From contig JBAUKK010000238.1 in NCBI GenBank assembly GCA_049577645.1, positions 1-43,756 on the forward strand: a DNA stretch of 43,756 nt, in the 5' to 3' direction. Made by a program: the position numbers and the translations under genes. Numbering within the stretch: position 1 is the stretch's first letter; every line of letters starts with the position of its first letter. Shown here piece after piece: positions 1 through 8,492 of the stretch. The notes under the pieces are model-generated. The model worked only from the letters and a program-made list of their open reading frames with translations. It ran no database searches and was not told the DNA's origin. The DNA comes from Candidatus Deferrimicrobiaceae bacterium. GTDB lineage: Bacteria; Desulfobacterota; Deferrimicrobia; Deferrimicrobiales; Deferrimicrobiaceae.

Positions 1-405
1 ATTTCTTTCGTTATTTCTTCTCTTACAGGGAATCTGATCCGGTCTTCCCTCGTTCTGCTCGAAAGATCCGGCGTACGATCCCCGGACGAGGGGCGTACGT
101 CGCGGAAAAAATGTATCGCTTTCGACACCGAAATGCACGACAAGAACAAGGAGTTGAAATCGTACCTGTTGAAGGAAATGTACGGGAACTACCGGGTGAT
201 CCGCATGGAGCAGAAGGCGCGCCGCGTCATCGGGGATCTCTTCCATTCCTATTGCGGGCGCCCCGAGCAGCTTCCTCCCCACATCTTTGCCCGCCTGGAG
301 CACGACGTAACGAAGCGGGTGGTCTGCGACTACATCGCGGGAATGACCGACCGGTACGCCATGGAGGAATTCCAGAAACTTTTCGACCCGCTGAAGAAAG
401 TATAA
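1..405 (+). CDS. dgt: dGTP triphosphohydrolase-like HD-domain protein, C-terminal fragment (5' end outside window)
   Basis: Frame 1 is open from nt 1 to TAA at 403-405. The tail ELKSYLLKEMY...VVCDYIAGMTDRYAMEEFQKLF matches the conserved C-terminus of Dgt-family proteins. Confidence 0.75.
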   Translation: MSFVISSLTGNLIRSSLVLLERSGVRSPDEGRTSRKKCIAFDTEMHDKNKELKSYLLKEMYGNYRVIRMEQKARRVIGDLFHSYCGRPEQLPPHIFARLEHDVTKRVVCDYIAGMTDRYAMEEFQKLFDPLKKV

Positions 406-1217
406 TGGGTGCGATGAAAAACAAAGGAGATCCCGGTAAAAGATTCAAGCTGGCCGTAGAGCGGAATTTCGACCAGAGCGTAGGCATTTACGACAAGTTC
501 GAGGAAAAACACCGCCTCTTCGAAACATTGACGGAAAAGCTGTGCGAGATGAACGCGCCGTTCACGCCCAGGCGTGTCCTGGATGTGGGGTGCGGCACCG
601 GAATTTCCACCCTTGGCATATACAAATCCCTGAAGACGCCGCCGATCGTTTATGCGATCGATATTTCGGAGCCCATGCTCATCAAGGCAAGGGAGCGGAT
701 GCAGGGGAAGGAGGGGGTCTACTTTGTCCGGGGGGACGCGGAAAAACTGTCGCAATATTTTCACGAGGCGTTCGACGCGGTATTTTATACCGCATCGATC
801 TTCCTCCTTCCCAACTACAGAGAATCGATAGACCAGGCGTGCAAGCTTATCCTTCCCGGAGGAGTGCTTGCGATCAGTTACTACGACGGCCTTTTCAACA
901 GCAAGGGACGGAACGCCATCACCAGGACGATCCCCGATCTGAAATACCAGTACGGAACCGTGTCCTATGAAGACCTGATGAAGTGCCTTACCCCCAGGAA
1001 GGGGTTCAAAACCTCCCGGATCGATTACCACTTCGAGATAACGAACGAATATCTTTTTGATTTTCTGAGCATCCCCGCGCAATCCGCCGGCATTTTTCCC
1101 AAGGTCCCCTATATCGAGCGAATACCCCTGATCCGTAATCTGTGCGACAGACTGACGGAAAAGGTGAGACCCCTGTTCATGGGATGGAAGTTCGTGGTTT
1201 CACGGAAAGAGAGATGA
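405..1217 (+). CDS. class I SAM-dependent methyltransferase
   Basis: ATG at 405 overlaps the dgt stop (TAATG). Motif I is VLDVGCGTGIST, followed by AIDISE and GDAEKL. The upstream part of ORF 111..1217 is Arg/Pro/Gly-rich, overlaps dgt and is not used. Confidence 0.8.
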   Translation: MGAMKNKGDPGKRFKLAVERNFDQSVGIYDKFEEKHRLFETLTEKLCEMNAPFTPRRVLDVGCGTGISTLGIYKSLKTPPIVYAIDISEPMLIKARERMQGKEGVYFVRGDAEKLSQYFHEAFDAVFYTASIFLLPNYRESIDQACKLILPGGVLAISYYDGLFNSKGRNAITRTIPDLKYQYGTVSYEDLMKCLTPRKGFKTSRIDYHFEITNEYLFDFLSIPAQSAGIFPKVPYIERIPLIRNLCDRLTEKVRPLFMGWKFVVSRKER

Positions 1218-1289
1218 CCTCCTTTTCCTTCCTCAATTTGACATAATATACATTACCAGACGTAAGTTTGGCGCAACGGTTCGCCTGAA

Positions 1290-3542
1290 TCACACTTCCC
1301 ACATCCTCTCCTCGAAATTCTTCCCCGGGAGGTCCGCTTTGAATGTCCCGTACATGGGCCACCGCTCTCCGACCGCGCCCGGGCAACCGATCGTCAGGAA
1401 GAATTCGATCTTCTCGTCCTCCGCGCATCCGAGTTCCTGAAACGGCACACCAAGTTCCAGCACTTTTTGAAACTCCGCCCGGACCGGGCCAGGCGCAGAG
1501 GAATTTTGGCGGGATACGGCATTCTCTCCCATCTTCCCGATAGACGCGCTGGCGGAAGACGTAGACGGAGAAAGGACCAGGCGGATTTTCCTGTTCTTTT
1601 CCGGAAAGAAGATTTCGGCTTCGAACGCTTCCGGCATGTCGAAAACGAATCGGTGGAAATCCAGGCGAAGATAGATATTTGCCTCGTCAAACCCGAAATA
1701 CAGGCATTCCAGGGATATGGCGGAAGCCCGGTGCATCGTTCCGATTTCCGGGCGGGGGTAATACCGTGCCGCCGCGCCCCATTCGTAGTACAAAGTAAGT
1801 TTCCCGTCTATTATCGGCCGGATATATGTCCTTAGCCTACCTAGAATGTTCGTGTCCTCCGAAATCCTTTCCGGCCGGATGATGGGGATATCGATCGAAT
1901 CGGGCGGAGTCTCTCCGAGCTTTCGGTAGGCCGCCTTCACATGACTTCGGAAGAGGCGGTCGAACTCCGGACCGTGGGGAGTAAAATGATCGTCCCCGTA
2001 CCACCAGCACCAGTCCGAGCCTTCCGCGGCCAGCAAATGATCGAAGGCCGCGGCCATGCTTTCTGTTTGCGGATGGCCGTCATCTGCCATCCGGTCGGCA
2101 TGCCTCTGCCATAGGGCTCTGGCATGGGCCAGCATCTCCCACGCCGCATGGTCTTCCCGGTGACCTATCCAGACCTTGAACGTTCCGTCTATCCAGGATC
2201 CCGTTGGAATGAAAGGCAATTGCTCAATATCCCCGATTTTATCTAAAGCGTCACTTAATGTAATACACGATATATCCGGCCCCAGGGAACCAAGTCGCCC
2301 CATCAGTGTACGGAGGAATACCTCTCCCGAATCGGGGAAATATTCCCACGCATTCTCGCCGTCCAGAATGACGGGGACTACGTAGGAGTTTTTGCGTAGA
2401 TGAGCGGGGATGGCTGATAGTTTATTGTATATTTTACTGATTATATTGGTAAAATTTGATGCGGCCTCCGATCCTCCCCAGCGGGAATACTCGAAACCGA
2501 TAAGATCGGAGAGATGGTGGTCCCGGAAAAAGATCCGGATCGGTCCCGAAGGCGTGGAGGCTTCGTAGGGACGGTACAGCCATGACGGGTCCTGGGGAAC
2601 GCCCTGGGAATCCCGCTTGACGTCCTTTCCCGTCGCCTTCGACAGGAGGGCCTCGTCCGTCGCCGTCCAGCGGAATCCGGCACGGGCGGCGATATCGAGG
2701 GCCGCGGGACTGATCGAGCCCTCGGAAGGCCACAATCCTTCCGGATATCTTCCGAAAAGGGACCGGATCACTTCCCTCCCCCGGGAAATCTGCTCCTCGG
2801 CATCGCCCGGGTACGAAAAGGGGATTTGCGGCAAAGGCGCCCCGGGAAGCGCATCCTGCGCCGCCCGGTTGTCGATCAGGAGGGGAAGTATCGGATGATA
2901 CATGGGCGTTGAGGAAAGTTCCCCGCCGTCGCTTTCCGCCACCTTTCGATATTCCGCGATGACCGTCGCCATGACGTCGAACTGCCTGTCCAGGATGTAT
3001 CGCTTTTCCGCCTCCGTGTAACCGCTTCCTTTTTCCCAGAGACGTGCGAGTTCCGCGTCCTCATCGCGGTGCAGGGGGTGAAACCAGGTCAGGTTGAAAA
3101 GCGTCATCAGGTCGGTGTAATCCGACGCACCGAACCTTCCCGGCGCTCCCGGTTTTCCCACCGCACCCATCGCCCTTTCCCGTTTTCCGTACAGTTCCGC
3201 GTACCGCCGTTGGGGAAGGATCATGGTCGGCGGGTAGGCGGAGAAGAAATTGCGCAGAAGGAACTCCTCCTCTTCCTTCGAAAGGTCGAGAGCGTTTTTC
3301 CGGGAAAGGGCGAGGAAGACGTCCTCCGCACGGTTTTCCACGTAGTCCTGAATCTGGACCAGCAGCGACGGGACCAGGTTGAAGGTATGACGGACTCGAG
3401 GAAATTCCCGGAAGAGCCGCGGAAGGGACGCGTAGTCCTTGATCGCGTGGAGCCGGACCCAGGGAAGGATATAGATCCCCGATTCGGGGTCCTTGTAATA
3501 CGGCTGGTGCATGTGCCAGAGGAAGCAGAGATAAAGCTTCAT
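1290..3542 (-). CDS. glycoside hydrolase family 57 protein (alpha-glucan active), about 750 aa with a C-terminal extension
   Basis: N-terminus CFLWHMHQPYY and WVRLHAIKDY. GLWPSEGSIS (nucleophile Glu region) and ILDGENAWEYF (acid/base Asp region) are both present. Confidence 0.85.
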   Translation of the reverse strand: MKLYLCFLWHMHQPYYKDPESGIYILPWVRLHAIKDYASLPRLFREFPRVRHTFNLVPSLLVQIQDYVENRAEDVFLALSRKNALDLSKEEEEFLLRNFFSAYPPTMILPQRRYAELYGKRERAMGAVGKPGAPGRFGASDYTDLMTLFNLTWFHPLHRDEDAELARLWEKGSGYTEAEKRYILDRQFDVMATVIAEYRKVAESDGGELSSTPMYHPILPLLIDNRAAQDALPGAPLPQIPFSYPGDAEEQISRGREVIRSLFGRYPEGLWPSEGSISPAALDIAARAGFRWTATDEALLSKATGKDVKRDSQGVPQDPSWLYRPYEASTPSGPIRIFFRDHHLSDLIGFEYSRWGGSEAASNFTNIISKIYNKLSAIPAHLRKNSYVVPVILDGENAWEYFPDSGEVFLRTLMGRLGSLGPDISCITLSDALDKIGDIEQLPFIPTGSWIDGTFKVWIGHREDHAAWEMLAHARALWQRHADRMADDGHPQTESMAAAFDHLLAAEGSDWCWWYGDDHFTPHGPEFDRLFRSHVKAAYRKLGETPPDSIDIPIIRPERISEDTNILGRLRTYIRPIIDGKLTLYYEWGAAARYYPRPEIGTMHRASAISLECLYFGFDEANIYLRLDFHRFVFDMPEAFEAEIFFPEKNRKIRLVLSPSTSSASASIGKMGENAVSRQNSSAPGPVRAEFQKVLELGVPFQELGCAEDEKIEFFLTIGCPGAVGERWPMYGTFKADLPGKNFEERMWEV

Positions 3543-3560
3543 CCGGCATCCCCCCTTCTC

Positions 3561-4262
3561 TTACCCCAGATGCGACAGCTTGATCTCGATAAGATCCTTG
3601 AAGGGGGTATCGGGATTCTCCGCGAGGATCTTGCGGAACACCGCGGCCGCCTCGTCCTTGCGTCCCTGGAGGGCGAGCAATCTTGCCTGTCCCATCCACG
3701 CCTGGGTCCGGAGTTCCCCGTTCGCGAAGGAGGCGGCCTCTCCGTAGGCCTTCTCGGCGCTTTCGGTGTCTCCCTTTGCCTCGAGCGCATGTGCGAGCCC
3801 TTCGCGCAGGAGGAAATCCATGATGGTCCGCTGCTCTTTCCCGTTTGCTATGGCCGACCGGAATTGCGCTGCGCTTTGGTCATAGTCCTCCCGCAGGTAG
3901 GCAATGCTTCCCAGGTAGTACCTCGCGAAGACCGCCGCCCGGGTGCCCGGATGCCTGCTCACCTGGGCGGCCAGGGACTGCTCGAGCTGTGCAAGCTTCT
4001 CGCTGTCCGCGCCCGTCGGGCTCTGTAGATACTCGCGCGCCTGGTTCAGATGGGGCCAGAGATCCCGGGAGGCCTTCGTCTCCTGCCACCGGAAATAGGC
4101 ACGTGTCCCGAAGATTCCCCCCAGGGCGAGGAATGCGACGGCCACTGCGACAATAACCGTTACGCGGTTTTCCTTGATCCACAGCGTCGCCCTGCCGAGC
4201 GTGGAGATGAACTCGTCCGGGCTTTTCAGGTCTTTTCGCGTGTACTTGATCTTTCTCGCCAT
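3561..4262 (-). CDS. membrane-anchored TPR protein (YfgM/UPF0070-like)
   Basis: ATG at 4262 is preceded by GAGAGGGGA. One N-terminal TM helix (VTVIVAVAVAFLALGGIFG) is followed by TPR-like Ala/Leu/Tyr-rich repeats. Confidence 0.6.
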   Translation of the reverse strand: MARKIKYTRKDLKSPDEFISTLGRATLWIKENRVTVIVAVAVAFLALGGIFGTRAYFRWQETKASRDLWPHLNQAREYLQSPTGADSEKLAQLEQSLAAQVSRHPGTRAAVFARYYLGSIAYLREDYDQSAAQFRSAIANGKEQRTIMDFLLREGLAHALEAKGDTESAEKAYGEAASFANGELRTQAWMGQARLLALQGRKDEAAAVFRKILAENPDTPFKDLIEIKLSHLG

Positions 4263-4367
4263 TCCGGTCCCCTCTCGTTTATCGTTCCCGCGGCTCCCCC
4301 GCGACCGCCGGATACGACCTGGTATTGTACACCAGTCGGACGACCGGATTCGCCGGTATCCGCCCGA

Positions 4368-5924
4368 TCACTCCGGTTCCTCCCGGAGATATTGCCGCAC
4401 CACCTGGACGAAGGCCTCCCGGATCTCCTCGGGAGATATCTGCTCGAGCTTCTGTATCCTCAGGGAGCAACCCAGTTTTTCCACCCGGCTCCGGAACATG
4501 CGAAGCGTGTTTTCCCCAAGCCCGAAATTCGTGAACGACTTCCCCATCACGGCCAGCACCTCGCGTGCCTCTGTCCCCTTCGCGTAATCCGATACGGCCA
4601 GAAGGGCATCGAGGGAGCTCGACACCTCGTCCTTGAGAAACGCCAGCACGCCCAGGGGGCGGGGGACGAGGGCATACCAGAGGGGGGAGGTGGAACGGAT
4701 ATACGGGAACACGTAGAGGAGCAGATGCGAGCCCTCCCCCACCCGGATCTTTCCGAACATTCCGATGGGAAATCCTTCCTCCCTCCGCAGGGAGAAAAAG
4801 GCGGAGTCGAGCTCGAACTCTCGGATCTGGCCAAGGGCGAGGACGACCCTCTCCAGCAGTTCGGAGGTGGGGAGGAAAAGGACGATGCGCCCCTCGCCGC
4901 TCTCGGAGAAGGATCCGATCTCCTCGATTCGGGTGCGCAGCCGCGCAAGGTTCTCCGGAGGCAGGAAATCGCTCTTCTCCCGGGGGACCTCGAACATGCC
5001 GATCCGCAGCACTCCGCGCTTCCTCAACTGGAGCAGGGTCTCATAGACGACGAGGTCGGGGTAGCTGCAGTTGTCCACGATATCCTTCACAATGTTGCAG
5101 AACTCCGCGAGAAGAATCACTTCGCGAACGACACCCGACCCTCCGGTGACGGATCGTGCGCTCTTCGCGAGGATCACCGAATCGGTCGGCGCAGGGAGAT
5201 CCCCGCCCAGGTTCCGGATTTCATCGAGGTGTCGCAATCCCTCGAGCAGCGCCTGCTGGCTGGAGGAGTGTATCGTCCTCCGGACCTCCACCTTGCCCGG
5301 CAGGAACCGGAATCTCCCCTTCTGCAGGGAGATGAGCCGGTAGAGGGCCTTTTCCCCCGAGGTGTTCCGGGTCCGTGCGGAAATGATCTCCCCTTTGTCG
5401 ATGTAGATCGAACCTTCCAACCCTTCCCCGTCTACCTGGATGACGCCGCTTTTCGCGTTGAACGAGAGCATTTGCCACAGGTCGGGGAGAGAGATCTGGG
5501 CCAGGTTGCCGCTGATCTCGGAGTCCCCCGCAGCGGATTCCCTGCTGTCTTCCCGGGACAGCGTCCGCTGGATTCTCAACAGCACCTCTTCTCCGTTAAA
5601 CGGTTTCCGTATGAAATCATCGATCCCCGGCCGGAACCCGGGAACGCTTTTCTCCTGCTCGCTCATGAAGAAGATGGGGATGCTTCTGGTTGTCGGGTTC
5701 GTGCGCAGGATCTGGACCAGGCGCTCCGCCCCGAGCGCCTCGATGGAGAGATCGAGGAGGAGGATGTCGGGGCGCCTGAGAAGGGTTTCCGCCAGCGCCC
5801 TGCTCCCGTCGGCCGCGTCGAACACTCCGAATCCCTTCTCCCGGAGGAACCGGCAGAGGGACTGCCGGTTCCTCTCCGACGGATCGGCAATCAGGATCTG
5901 TTTTTCCGCCTGCGCCTTCGCCAC
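4368..5924 (-). CDS. response regulator: REC + PATAN/DUF4388 domain + C-terminal GTPase-like region lacking a P-loop
   Basis: REC motifs are ILIADP, ILLLDLS (acceptor Asp), IFFMS and IRKPF. The DUF4388 signature is GNLAQISLPDLWQMLSFNAKSGVIQV...GEKALYRLISLQKGRFRF. The preferred start is GTG 5924 behind GGGGGAGAA. Alternatives are ATG 5951 and GTG 5984. Confidence 0.7.
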   Translation of the reverse strand: MAKAQAEKQILIADPSERNRQSLCRFLREKGFGVFDAADGSRALAETLLRRPDILLLDLSIEALGAERLVQILRTNPTTRSIPIFFMSEQEKSVPGFRPGIDDFIRKPFNGEEVLLRIQRTLSREDSRESAAGDSEISGNLAQISLPDLWQMLSFNAKSGVIQVDGEGLEGSIYIDKGEIISARTRNTSGEKALYRLISLQKGRFRFLPGKVEVRRTIHSSSQQALLEGLRHLDEIRNLGGDLPAPTDSVILAKSARSVTGGSGVVREVILLAEFCNIVKDIVDNCSYPDLVVYETLLQLRKRGVLRIGMFEVPREKSDFLPPENLARLRTRIEEIGSFSESGEGRIVLFLPTSELLERVVLALGQIREFELDSAFFSLRREEGFPIGMFGKIRVGEGSHLLLYVFPYIRSTSPLWYALVPRPLGVLAFLKDEVSSSLDALLAVSDYAKGTEAREVLAVMGKSFTNFGLGENTLRMFRSRVEKLGCSLRIQKLEQISPEEIREAFVQVVRQYLREEPE

Positions 5925-6126
5925 CGTTCGTTCTCCCCCGGTGGTGCTCATCCAGTGTACCGCCTCGTAAATAGCTTGATGCACCGAGAGCGTCGATGCG
6001 CCGCGCCGGCAAGGCGCGCGACTGAGGCATACCGTTGAGTATGGTGAAGAAGCGCAACGAAGCGGGAGCGAGGGGCCTGCCCCCTGCCGCGGCGATCGAA
6101 TGCCAAGGTATTTGCCAGACGGTGCA

Positions 6127-7992
6127 CTAAAAGTTTCCCTGCAGCCGATACGTTTCCTGCACCTTCTCCATCATCGAGTCCACGAGCCATTCGTCGGCCG
6201 TGTTGAACCCGCACACCTCGTCCTCCCGATCGGTGGCGAACAGGCCGTATGCTCCGTTCTCCTTGAGAAACAGGATGAGTTCCCTGTCCCGGAGCTGTTC
6301 ATCCTCGGCGTTGACGTACAAAAGGTTTTTCGAGCCGAATCGCGTACTGCCGTCCCTGCCGATGATGTAGACGTTTCTTCCGTTGTCCGCGTCCGGCCCA
6401 AGGGAGAGGAAGATCTGCTTGAACATTTCGGGGCGGGGGCCCGCCGCGATGATCAGCCCCCGTTTCATGTTCTGCGACACCGTATCCTGCGCCACGGATT
6501 CCACCATGCGCAGAAAGTTCTCCCTGCTCAGCCGGAAATGCCCGTTCCGACCTCCGTTCCGCTTGAACCGCGCAAAGTAGGGTACGCTTCGTCCTTCCCG
6601 CAGAAGGTCGTAATACTCGGGTTTTCCCACCAGGATGTCAAAGGCATTCCAGAGGGCCTTTTCCGGCAGGTGCAGACGGCGGAACAAGCTTTGCTTCTGC
6701 CCATGATACTTCTCCTCCGCATCCTTCCATAAATCCATGAGATTTTTCCCATCGCGGGGGAAGATGGCCGAAACGAAAAACAGCTCGAGGTGATGTTCGG
6801 TCCCCATGTACTGGATGGAGCGGCATTCGCGCACGGCTTTCCGGAGACGGCGCGACGCCAGGACGGCGCCGAAATAGTCGGTCTCCGGGAGAACTACGCA
6901 AAACCGGTTCGACTCCACGCGGGCGATGAGGTCGGAGTCGCGCAGGGCCTTGCGGACGGCGTCCACCATGTTCGAGAGCGCCCCGGACACGAGGGTTTCG
7001 CGGGTCTGCTCCTTGAGTCGGGAAAAGTTGTCGACGATGAGGAATACGATCGACAGGGGACGCCGGAATCTCCCCGCCTTGTAGCACTCCTTTTCGAAGT
7101 AGTCCGACAGGAACGCCATCGAGTAGGCCTGGGTCTCCCCGTCGCGAAGCGACACCTTTTCCATCCGGGCCAGCCGCGCGAGCTTTCTCCAGGCCGATGC
7201 GGCGTACCCGGCGATGATCCCGGCGATATACAGATCCCGGTCCCGGAACGGTTTCCGGTCCAACTTTGCGGCGAGCTTCACGAGCCCGATGGGCTTCTCC
7301 CGGTACATGAGAGGAATGTAGAGGTTCGATTCGCCTGCTTCCCGAAGCGTCTCCGCCCCCTCGTCCTCCCGAAAGGGGTAGAGAAACGGCTTCCCTCTCC
7401 CGGTGGCTTCCGCCCACTCGGCCTGGGAGAGATAGAACCTCGATCCCTCCCTGTCGATGCTGATCAACCCCCGGACGGAGGCGATCATCATCTCGTCGGG
7501 ATCCAGCGGGGAAGCAAGCCAGATCACGCAGCTCTCCGCCCCGAGCTCCTGGACGAACGTATCCGCGACATGGGTGAGCAGCTTCTCCTCCTCTTGGCAT
7601 GCCATGATCTTCAGACACTGCTGGTAGAGGGAGGCAAGGGAGTAATATTCCATGCTTTCCGAGAGAAGCTGCATGGTGACCGCCGGGTCGGCCCCTTCCT
7701 GGGTCCCCGCCCAGGTGACCCAGCGGGCGATGTCCTGGAGAGGGGGGGCGCGGCGGAAAAGGAAAAGCGGAGGCCCGTCGCCGGGGCCTTCCCGGAGGGA
7801 ATCGATCAGGACCCTGTGGTCGCAGTCGAGAGAAGCGACGATCGCGGTGTAGGGGGAGAGGTCCACCTCCCTGCGTATCACCTGGTCGAGCGCGCAGAAG
7901 GAAAATTCGACCGGCTGTCGGGAGGTCGCCAGGCGGAGATCCCGGGAGGACTCGCTGTTCTCCTGGACCACCAGTATGCGGCCGACATCCAT
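6127..7992 (-). CDS. signalling protein: receiver-like N-terminus, GAF, degenerate GGDEF (A-site ESNRF, I-site RDSD retained), C-terminal DICT-like region
   Basis: GGDEF-fold alignment: RPLSIVFLIVDNFSRLKE...ALRDSDLIARVESNRFCVVLPETD. The GAF-like block is LLTHVADTFVQELGAESCVIWLA...IPLMYREKPIGLVKL. The tail LILFLKENGAYGLFAT...GFNTADEWLVDSMMEKV resembles DICT domains (low confidence). Confidence 0.75.
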   Translation of the reverse strand: MDVGRILVVQENSESSRDLRLATSRQPVEFSFCALDQVIRREVDLSPYTAIVASLDCDHRVLIDSLREGPGDGPPLFLFRRAPPLQDIARWVTWAGTQEGADPAVTMQLLSESMEYYSLASLYQQCLKIMACQEEEKLLTHVADTFVQELGAESCVIWLASPLDPDEMMIASVRGLISIDREGSRFYLSQAEWAEATGRGKPFLYPFREDEGAETLREAGESNLYIPLMYREKPIGLVKLAAKLDRKPFRDRDLYIAGIIAGYAASAWRKLARLARMEKVSLRDGETQAYSMAFLSDYFEKECYKAGRFRRPLSIVFLIVDNFSRLKEQTRETLVSGALSNMVDAVRKALRDSDLIARVESNRFCVVLPETDYFGAVLASRRLRKAVRECRSIQYMGTEHHLELFFVSAIFPRDGKNLMDLWKDAEEKYHGQKQSLFRRLHLPEKALWNAFDILVGKPEYYDLLREGRSVPYFARFKRNGGRNGHFRLSRENFLRMVESVAQDTVSQNMKRGLIIAAGPRPEMFKQIFLSLGPDADNGRNVYIIGRDGSTRFGSKNLLYVNAEDEQLRDRELILFLKENGAYGLFATDREDEVCGFNTADEWLVDSMMEKVQETYRLQGNF

Positions 7993-8003
7993 GCGGCGCT
8001 ATG

Positions 8004-8492
8004 TCACATCTTGTACTTGCTGAAGTCTTCCGGGTCCATCTTCTCGAGAAGCTCCGTCCACTTGTCCTTCTCCTCCCCGGAGGACGTTCCGTGTTCCACG
8101 CGCAGCGCTTTCTCGATGACCGAGTCCCGGACCATGATCGGGACCGCCATCCGTATGGCGATGGCGATCGCGTCGCTCGGCCGGGAATCGATGACGATGG
8201 ACTTGTCGCCCGCTTCCATATGGAGGGCGGCGTAGTACGTGTTCTCGCGGATGTCGGTGACTTCCACGCTCAGAAGCTTCACCCCGATCTGGTCGAGGAG
8301 GCTCTTGAAAAGATCGTGGGTCATCGGTCTGGGCAGCTGCAGTTTCTCCAGCCCCGCCGCGATCGCATTCGCCTCCAGCATCCCGATCCATATCGGGAGG
8401 GTGTTCTTGTTGTCCTTGTCCCGCAGGATGATGATCGGGGACTGGGTAACCGGATCGATGGTGATCCCGATCACCTGCATTTCCTTAACCAC
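8004..8492 (-). CDS. bifunctional nuclease (BFN/DUF151) family protein
   Basis: Family motifs: IGITIDPVTQSPIIILRD...LPIWIGMLEANAIA, RPMTHDLF and DSRPSDAIAIAIRMAVPI. The preferred start is GTG 8492 behind AGGAAGGAGGG. Alternatives are ATG 8480 and GTG 8549. Confidence 0.75.
   Translation of the reverse strand: MVKEMQVIGITIDPVTQSPIIILRDKDNKNTLPIWIGMLEANAIAAGLEKLQLPRPMTHDLFKSLLDQIGVKLLSVEVTDIRENTYYAALHMEAGDKSIVIDSRPSDAIAIAIRMAVPIMVRDSVIEKALRVEHGTSSGEEKDKWTELLEKMDPEDFSKYKM

Noticed and set aside
111-404. An N-terminal extension of the methyltransferase ORF (368-aa version starting at 111)
   Set aside because: The extension overlaps the dgt reading frame and is Arg/Pro/Gly-rich. The methyltransferase fold begins after the ATG at 405, which is coupled to the dgt stop.
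1237-1242. A perfect TTGACA hexamer in the convergent MT/GH57 intergenic region
   Set aside because: There is no acceptable -10 element at 16-18 nt and no downstream gene in either orientation. It is probably a chance match in an AT-rich terminator region.
4050-6038. A 662-aa + strand ORF antisense to the TPR and PATAN-regulator genes
   Set aside because: Same antisense-register artefact. The composition is low-complexity (R/G/P/E/L), there is no SD or motif, and the - strand reading has clear REC/DUF4388 motifs.
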